64,000 nucleotides of DNA from PVC group bacterium (lineage in GTDB: Bacteria > Omnitrophota > Gorgyraeia > B26-G9), in assembly GCA_024231215.1 (NCBI GenBank), contig JAAEQR010000072.1, positions 449,210-513,209 of the forward strand. Reading direction: 5' to 3'. Under the pieces are notes generated by a model, which was given only the letters and a program-made list of their open reading frames with translations, had not been told where the DNA came from and did no database searches. How positions within the stretch are numbered: the stretch's first letter is position 1; the number at the start of each line of letters is the position of its first letter. Both the position numbers and the translations under genes were made by a program. Shown one piece after another: positions 58,235 to 64,000 of this stretch.

Positions 58235-58675
58235 ATGAAGGTGATTTTAAAAGAAGCAATTCAAAAACTGGGCAGTGTTGGTGAGGTCGTAGATGTAAAG
58301 ACCGGGTATGCACGGAATTTTCTTATTCCACAGGGCAAGGCGTTAATAGCAAATAAACAAAACCTGAAGTTGTTTGAAGATAGCAATCGTGTAGAGACGA
58401 AAAAGTTGGAAAAAGAAAAGCAAAGCGCAGAAGAAATCGCTAAAAAGCTTGCTCACGTTTCATGTACGATAGTAATGCAGGCTAATGAAGAACAATTGTA
58501 TGGGGCGGTAACTAATGCAGATATTGCCAAGTCCTTAGAACAAGAAGGCATGCAAATAGACAAAAAGGACATTATTTTAGAGGAGCCGATTAAGGCTTTA
58601 GGGGTTTATCATGTTGTTGTAAAACTTCATCCGGAAGTAAAACAGCAGGTTAAGGTATGGGTGGTAAAAAAATAG
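58235..58675 (+). CDS. rplI: 50S ribosomal protein L9
   Basis: MKVIL, GYARNFLIP, LYGAV, LHPEV. Confidence 0.96.
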   Translation: MKVILKEAIQKLGSVGEVVDVKTGYARNFLIPQGKALIANKQNLKLFEDSNRVETKKLEKEKQSAEEIAKKLAHVSCTIVMQANEEQLYGAVTNADIAKSLEQEGMQIDKKDIILEEPIKALGVYHVVVKLHPEVKQQVKVWVVKK

Positions 58676-60045
58676 CGGTAAGGACAGAAAAAAAACTACA
58701 AGTTTCCGGTAATTCACTTGTTGATAAAGTCCCTCCTCAGAATACAGAAGCTGAGATGGCTGTATTAGGCTCAATGCTTCTTGAAGAAGAAGCTATTGCT
58801 AATGTGATAGAGATTCTGAATGAGGGATGTTTTTATAAAGACAATCATCAGAAAATCTACCGGGCTCTTCTTAGTTTGTTTAGTGAAAACAAACCAGTCG
58901 ATTTAATTACTCTTACTGATCAGCTTCGTAAAGAAGATAGTTTAGAAGACATTGGCGGAGCTGTCTACCTGACTGAACTTGCAAATGTTGTTCCCACTGC
59001 GGCAAACGTGATGCATCATGCAAGGATTGTAAAAGAAAAGGCTTTGCTGAGAAGTTTGATTACTACAGCAACAAGTATTATCACCGAAGGATATGAACCA
59101 GGTCAGCAAGTAGATATTCTTTTAGATAAAGCCGAACGCTTGATTTTTGAAATAAGCAGTTCCAAAATCAAAGGTGGTTTTGTTTCAGTAAAAGAGCTGG
59201 TTAAAAACAGTATTGAAACCATAGAAAAATTATATCAAAGAAAAACTCAAGTTACCGGTATTCCTACTGGATATGAGGATTTAGACAGGATAACAGCTGG
59301 ATTTCAGCCTTCAGACTTGGTTATTGTTGCAGGTAGGCCGTCAATGGGAAAGAGTGCTTTGATGTGCGGCTTTGCCGAACACGCGGCATTGATAGAGAAA
59401 GTTCCTACGGCAATTTTTAGTTTGGAAATGTCCAAGGAGCAATTGGTTCAGAGAATACTCTGTTCACATGCCCGAGTAAATATGCAGGGAGTGCGAACCG
59501 GGTTTTTAGCCCAACAGGATTGGGGTAGATTAGTTACTGCTGCAGGGAAGTTGTCTCAAACACCGCTTTTTATCGATGATACTCCGGGAATAAATGTTTT
59601 AGAACTAAGAGCTAAAGCTAGAAGGCTTAAAGCTCAGCATAATATTGGATTTATAATTTTAGATTATATGCAGCTGATGCAGTCAACCGGTGGCCAGTCT
59701 CAGAGTAGACAGCAGGAAATTTCAGATATCTCAAGAGCCTTAAAAGCATTAGCTAGAGAAATTAATGTTCCGCTGATTGCGATTAGTCAGCTTTCACGGG
59801 CAACAGAACAAAGAGAAGGATTTCGTCCTCGGCTTTCGGATTTGCGTGACTCAGGAGCTATTGAGCAGGATGCTGATTTGGTTATGCTGCTTTTCAGGGA
59901 AGAATATTATAATCCAACTGAAGAGAATAAGGGGCTTGCCGAGGTTATTATCGCTAAACAAAGGAATGGTCCGGTGGGGACAAAAAAGCTGACCTTCATT
60001 AAGGAATTTACCCGATTTGAAAACTGTACAGAAAGAGAAGAATAG
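58657..60045 (+). CDS. dnaB: Replicative DNA helicase
   Basis: GRPSMGKS, FSLEM, DYMQL, SQLSR, DSGAIEQDAD, KQRNGP; no intein. Confidence 0.97.
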   Translation: MGGKKIAVRTEKKLQVSGNSLVDKVPPQNTEAEMAVLGSMLLEEEAIANVIEILNEGCFYKDNHQKIYRALLSLFSENKPVDLITLTDQLRKEDSLEDIGGAVYLTELANVVPTAANVMHHARIVKEKALLRSLITTATSIITEGYEPGQQVDILLDKAERLIFEISSSKIKGGFVSVKELVKNSIETIEKLYQRKTQVTGIPTGYEDLDRITAGFQPSDLVIVAGRPSMGKSALMCGFAEHAALIEKVPTAIFSLEMSKEQLVQRILCSHARVNMQGVRTGFLAQQDWGRLVTAAGKLSQTPLFIDDTPGINVLELRAKARRLKAQHNIGFIILDYMQLMQSTGGQSQSRQQEISDISRALKALAREINVPLIAISQLSRATEQREGFRPRLSDLRDSGAIEQDADLVMLLFREEYYNPTEENKGLAEVIIAKQRNGPVGTKKLTFIKEFTRFENCTEREE

Positions 60046-60047
60046 AT

Positions 60048-62324
60048 ATGAATAAAAGGGGAAGAATATTTATTTTTATTGTTTTATTTATTTGTTTTTG
60101 CAGCACGGTTTTTGCCCAACAGCCAGAACGCATAGTTCGTAAGATTGTTGTGGAGAATAATAAAGTTGTTAGTGAGCACACAATTGTTTCCCAGCTTAAA
60201 ACAAAAGAGGGCCTAGCTCTTTCAACTAGCACTCTGAGTGATGATATCAAAAGGCTTTATACTACAGGTTTGTTTAAAGATGTCAGTGCTGATGTTGAAG
60301 ATATGGAAAAAGGGGTAAAGGTTATTTTCCGGGTTGAGGAAAAAGCGACATTAAAAGAGATAGTTTTTGAGGGAAACCGGAGATTGAGAACTAAAAAACT
60401 GCTTGCTAAAATGCAGACAAAACTGGATGAAGTTTTCGATCAGTTTAAACTGCGTGAGGACATAGAAGAATTAAAGAAGTTTTATGCGGAAAAAGGATAT
60501 TCTTTGGCTGATATAACTTACAAAATCGAAGAAATAGAACAGAGTGTTACGGTTAAAATTACGGTTATTGAAGGGGCTAGAGTAAGGGTTAGAAAAATAT
60601 TGTTTAAAGGTAATAGCATTTTAAAAAAAGGACGTCTTTTGAAAGTTGTTAAAACTAAGCGTAAAGGATGGTTTAATTCTGGTTTTTACAAAGAAAAGGT
60701 TTTGTCTGAAGATACAGAGCGTCTGATTTCTTTTTATCGTTTGGAAGGATTTATTGATGTAAATGTAAATACGCTTATTGATTATAACGATAAAAAAAGT
60801 GCAATGTATATAACTTTTGAGATTAAAGAAGGAAAACAGTATAAAGTAGGTCAGATTTCATTGGGCGGGTATACGATCGCCGAAAAAGATGAATTGAAAG
60901 AGTCGCTGAGTATGACTGAAGACGCTATATATAATGAACTAAAATTGCGTGATGATATTTCTGCTTTGCAGAGCTTTTATTTTGATAAAGGGTATATTGC
61001 TTCAGAAGTAAAAGTTGATACAGTGCTTAATGCAGGTGAGGGAAGTGTGGATTTAAGTTATGGTATAGATGAAGGTCATGTTGCTTATGTAGATAAAGTC
61101 AATGTAAGCGGTAATACCCGGACCAAAGATGTGGTTATCCGGCGTGAAATGAGATTATTCCCCGGAGATAAATATAATGGAGATAAATTAAAAAGAAGTC
61201 GTCAGCGGTTACATAATTTAGGCTATTTTGAAGAAGTGACATTTGATACCGCAGAAAAGCCGACAACACTGCCTGACAAGCATGACCTTGATATATTTGT
61301 TAAAGAGTCGAAAACAGGGGAGTTTAGTTTTGGAGCTGGATATAGCTCGGTAGACCAGTTTATAGGGTTTGTAGATCTTACACAAAGGAATTTTGACTTA
61401 TTCAACTTATCTAGTTTTACTGGCGGCGGACAAAGATTGCGTATGCGTATGGAATTTGGTTCAGATCGAAAAGACTATGAACTTGGTTTTGTTGAACCGT
61501 GGTTTTTAGGTTATCCGCTTACTATGGGATTTAACATTTACAACCGGACCAGAGACTGGGAAAAATATGACGAAAGACGTATTGGCGGAAACTTATTTTT
61601 AGGAAAAGAATTTGGAGAGTATTGGAACGGAAAAGTTAGTTATCGTTATGAAGGAGTTAGAATTTCAAATATTCTCGAGGATGCTAGTGCAGATATCAAG
61701 CTTGAAAAAGGGAAGAATTATATTAGCAGCGTGACTTCAGAAGTGATGCATGATACCCGGGATAATGTTTTCAATCCCACGACAGGAATATATAGTATGT
61801 TGTCCTGTGAAGTTGGCGGAGGAGTCTTAGAAGGTGATAAAGATTTTGTGAAATATTATACAAAAAACTGCCGATATTTTCCTGCAACTGAAAAAGCGGT
61901 GCTTGAGTTTAAAGGTCGTGCCGGATATGTGGAATCTTATAGTAATACAGCAGTTGTCCCTATTTATGAGCGATTTTATGTTGGAGGTGCTAATACGATT
62001 AGAGGATATAAAGAGAGAAGAGTGGGGCCAGAGGGAGAATTTGGTGATCCAATTGGCGGCCGCATAATGTTTGTTTTTAATGCCGAATATACATATAATT
62101 TGGCTAAGAACCTTAAATGGGCATTTTTCTATGATAATGGTAATGTGTGGAGACGGCCTTCTGAATTTAAATGGGACACATTAAAGCTTAAGAGCAGTAT
62201 CGGAACTGGAATGAGAGTAAAGACTCCACTGGGGCCGATAAGGCTTGATTATGGTTATGCGTTAAATCCTAAGGAGGGTGATTCTCGGGGGAGATTTCAT
62301 TTTACAATGAGCCAGGAATTTTAA
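60048..62324 (+). CDS. bamA: Outer membrane protein assembly factor BamA
   Basis: POTRA repeats, IRGY, TPLGPIRLDYG, terminal F. Confidence 0.96.
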   Translation: MNKRGRIFIFIVLFICFCSTVFAQQPERIVRKIVVENNKVVSEHTIVSQLKTKEGLALSTSTLSDDIKRLYTTGLFKDVSADVEDMEKGVKVIFRVEEKATLKEIVFEGNRRLRTKKLLAKMQTKLDEVFDQFKLREDIEELKKFYAEKGYSLADITYKIEEIEQSVTVKITVIEGARVRVRKILFKGNSILKKGRLLKVVKTKRKGWFNSGFYKEKVLSEDTERLISFYRLEGFIDVNVNTLIDYNDKKSAMYITFEIKEGKQYKVGQISLGGYTIAEKDELKESLSMTEDAIYNELKLRDDISALQSFYFDKGYIASEVKVDTVLNAGEGSVDLSYGIDEGHVAYVDKVNVSGNTRTKDVVIRREMRLFPGDKYNGDKLKRSRQRLHNLGYFEEVTFDTAEKPTTLPDKHDLDIFVKESKTGEFSFGAGYSSVDQFIGFVDLTQRNFDLFNLSSFTGGGQRLRMRMEFGSDRKDYELGFVEPWFLGYPLTMGFNIYNRTRDWEKYDERRIGGNLFLGKEFGEYWNGKVSYRYEGVRISNILEDASADIKLEKGKNYISSVTSEVMHDTRDNVFNPTTGIYSMLSCEVGGGVLEGDKDFVKYYTKNCRYFPATEKAVLEFKGRAGYVESYSNTAVVPIYERFYVGGANTIRGYKERRVGPEGEFGDPIGGRIMFVFNAEYTYNLAKNLKWAFFYDNGNVWRRPSEFKWDTLKLKSSIGTGMRVKTPLGPIRLDYGYALNPKEGDSRGRFHFTMSQEF

Positions 62325-62380
62325 TTGGTTTATATATAAGGAGTTAGAGTAATATTAGAAACATTTGTACTAAGTTTACG

Positions 62381-62408
62381 TTGACAAATTATAATAATAT
62401 GTTAAAAT
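62381..62408 (+). promoter_or_regulatory. Putative promoter for skp-lpxD
   Basis: TTGACA-16 nt-TAAAAT with an extended -10 TG. Confidence 0.5.
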
Positions 62409-62436
62409 GAAAAAAATTGGCTGATAAGGAGGATTA

Positions 62437-62916
62437 ATGAAGAAATCATTACTTATTTTGGGGATATTGGGGTTTGTTTTATTATTTACACAATTTGGTT
62501 TTGCGGAAGAGATTAAAATTGGGTATATCAGTTTGAGCCAGGTTTTTCAAGATTATAAAAAAGTGATAGATTCTAATGAAAAACTTGAAGAACGCAAGAA
62601 GGAAGTAAAAAATATGCTTGCCGGCATGCAGGATTTACAGAAAAACTATGATTCTTTGAGTGAAAAAGGCAAGAAAGAGATGGAAGTAGAACTCAAGGCT
62701 AAACAGGAAGATATTCGTCAGCGTACGGTTGAGGTCAGGAAAGATGAAGACCGGGTTCTGAGGGAAATTTTAGAAGATATAGAAAAGACAACAGGAGAAT
62801 TGCGTAAAGAACGCAAGTTCACTTACATTTTAGATGATAGACTTATTATTGATGGTCCGGAAAATATGAACGTCACGGATGATGTTATTAAGCTTTTGAA
62901 TGAACGCTATAAATAA
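62437..62916 (+). CDS. skp: OmpH/Skp periplasmic chaperone
   Basis: Signal peptide, KIGYI, coiled coil, NVTDDVI; lies between bamA and lpxD. Confidence 0.9.
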   Translation: MKKSLLILGILGFVLLFTQFGFAEEIKIGYISLSQVFQDYKKVIDSNEKLEERKKEVKNMLAGMQDLQKNYDSLSEKGKKEMEVELKAKQEDIRQRTVEVRKDEDRVLREILEDIEKTTGELRKERKFTYILDDRLIIDGPENMNVTDDVIKLLNERYK

Positions 62917-62955
62917 AAAACACAGAAAAGCTAAATGGATAAAAGGAAGTTGAAT

Positions 62956-64000
62956 ATGAACAAGACCTTAAAAGAAATAGCGCAGCTTATAGAGGGGACA
63001 ATTGTAGGTAATGAGTCAACGGTAATTACCGGAGTTTGCGGGATAAAAGAAGCCAAGGCCGGAGATATTACCTTTGTTGCTAATCCTAAGTATATTTCTT
63101 TAATCAAACAAACTAATGCTTCGGCAATAATTACAACTCCGGATATTAAAAAAGCTTCCAAACCTTTGATCCTTACAGATAATCCTTCGATAGCTTTCGC
63201 AAAATTACTTTCTCTAATTGCTCCAAATGAAGTCAGTCATTTTAAAGGAATTCATCCTACTGCGGTTGTTGGTGAAAATGTTAAGTTAGGCAAAGATGTT
63301 GCAATTCATCCGCATGTGGTTATTGAAGATGGAGTAGTGATTGGTGAGCGTACCATATTAGGAGCTGGTGTTTTTGTGGGGAACCATACGACTATCGGGC
63401 AAGATACAATGATTCATCCGCATGTAAGCATAAGGGAAAGAGTTAGTATTGGAAGTCGTGTTATTGTTCATAATGGAACAGTAATCGGAAGTGATGGTTT
63501 TGGATTTGCTACGGTAAAGGGCATGCATCATAAAATTCCACAAATCGGTACGGTTATTATTGAGGACGATGTGGAAATCGGAGCAAATGTTACAATAGAT
63601 AGGGCTCGTTTTGATAAGACCTTAATAAAGCACGGGACTAAAATTGATAATTTGGTACAGATTGCTCATAACGTAGTAATCGGTGAAAATACAATAGTCG
63701 TAGCACAGGCCGGTATTTCCGGCAGTACCATTGTCGGTAAAAATGTTACTATAGCTGGACAATCTGGGATTATCGGGCATATTACAATTGGAGATAACGC
63801 AGTTATTGCTGCTCAGGCAGGGGTTACAAAATCAATTCCGAATGATACCTGTGTTTCTGGGTATCCGGCAAAACAGCATAAAAAAGCCAAGCGGATAAAT
63901 GCTTGTGTGCAGAAACTTCCGGATCTATATAAATTAGTAACTAAATTAGAAGATAAAATAGCAAGCTTAGAGGCCGCTTTAGATGAAAAAAAGGGAATAT
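62956..64000 (+). CDS. lpxD: UDP-3-O-acylglucosamine N-acyltransferase, runs off the window end
   Basis: Absent from the ORF track. Read by hand: [14 protein letters not shown]...[11 protein letters not shown]...IGSDGFG...KIPQIG...[13 protein letters not shown]. Confidence 0.95.
   Translation, partial: MNKTLKEIAQLIEGTIVGNESTVITGVCGIKEAKAGDITFVANPKYISLIKQTNASAIITTPDIKKASKPLILTDNPSIAFAKLLSLIAPNEVSHFKGIHPTAVVGENVKLGKDVAIHPHVVIEDGVVIGERTILGAGVFVGNHTTIGQDTMIHPHVSIRERVSIGSRVIVHNGTVIGSDGFGFATVKGMHHKIPQIGTVIIEDDVEIGANVTIDRARFDKTLIKHGTKIDNLVQIAHNVVIGENTIVVAQAGISGSTIVGKNVTIAGQSGIIGHITIGDNAVIAAQAGVTKSIPNDTCVSGYPAKQHKKAKRINACVQKLPDLYKLVTKLEDKIASLEAALDEKKGI

Noticed and set aside
1-64000. CRISPR arrays, transposases, integrases, prophage, rRNA, inteins, stop-codon recoding
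   Set aside because: None seen; core genes have normal lengths under the standard code.

Overview
AT-rich bacterial chromosomal window, almost all + strand. It is diderm (bamA, skp, lpxB, lpxD) and its gene content resembles the PVC superphylum, probably Omnitrophota (inference only). Layout: (1) 1-20 kb, a surface-glycan cluster with a B12-radical SAM enzyme, four large polytopic GT-C-like proteins, GT2, two methyltransferases, an RfbE-like epimerase, rfbA and manC; (2) ~20.0-20.9 kb, an unusual c-di-GMP-I riboswitch split by a ~71-nt ykkC-like insert, upstream of a type IV pilin; (3) 21-27.5 kb, a ParA/Soj ATPase fused to a glycogen-binding CBM48 domain, a degenerate MinD-like protein, a degenerate NucS-like protein, pgeF, DUF4912 and a GH57 branching enzyme; (4) uppS-cdsA-dxr-rseP-ispG-proS; (5) a type IV pilus operon (PilM-PilN fusion, pilO, PilP-like, secretin, MshEN-PilB, pilC, pilin); (6) lipid A genes, hisG, an unannotated 31-aa bS22/mS38-like ribosomal protein, TPR lipoprotein, FtsH-like protease, split transketolase; (7) ispE-spoVG-tRNA-Gln-glmU-prs-rplY-pth-rpsF-ssb-rpsR-rplI-dnaB-bamA-skp-lpxD (partial). 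The best candidates for new biology are the putative ParA-CBM48 glycogen-granule positioning module, the chimeric c-di-GMP-I/ykkC-like riboswitch, and a ~250-aa unknown domain shared by two GT-C-like proteins. All calls come from motif recognition by eye; no searches were run.
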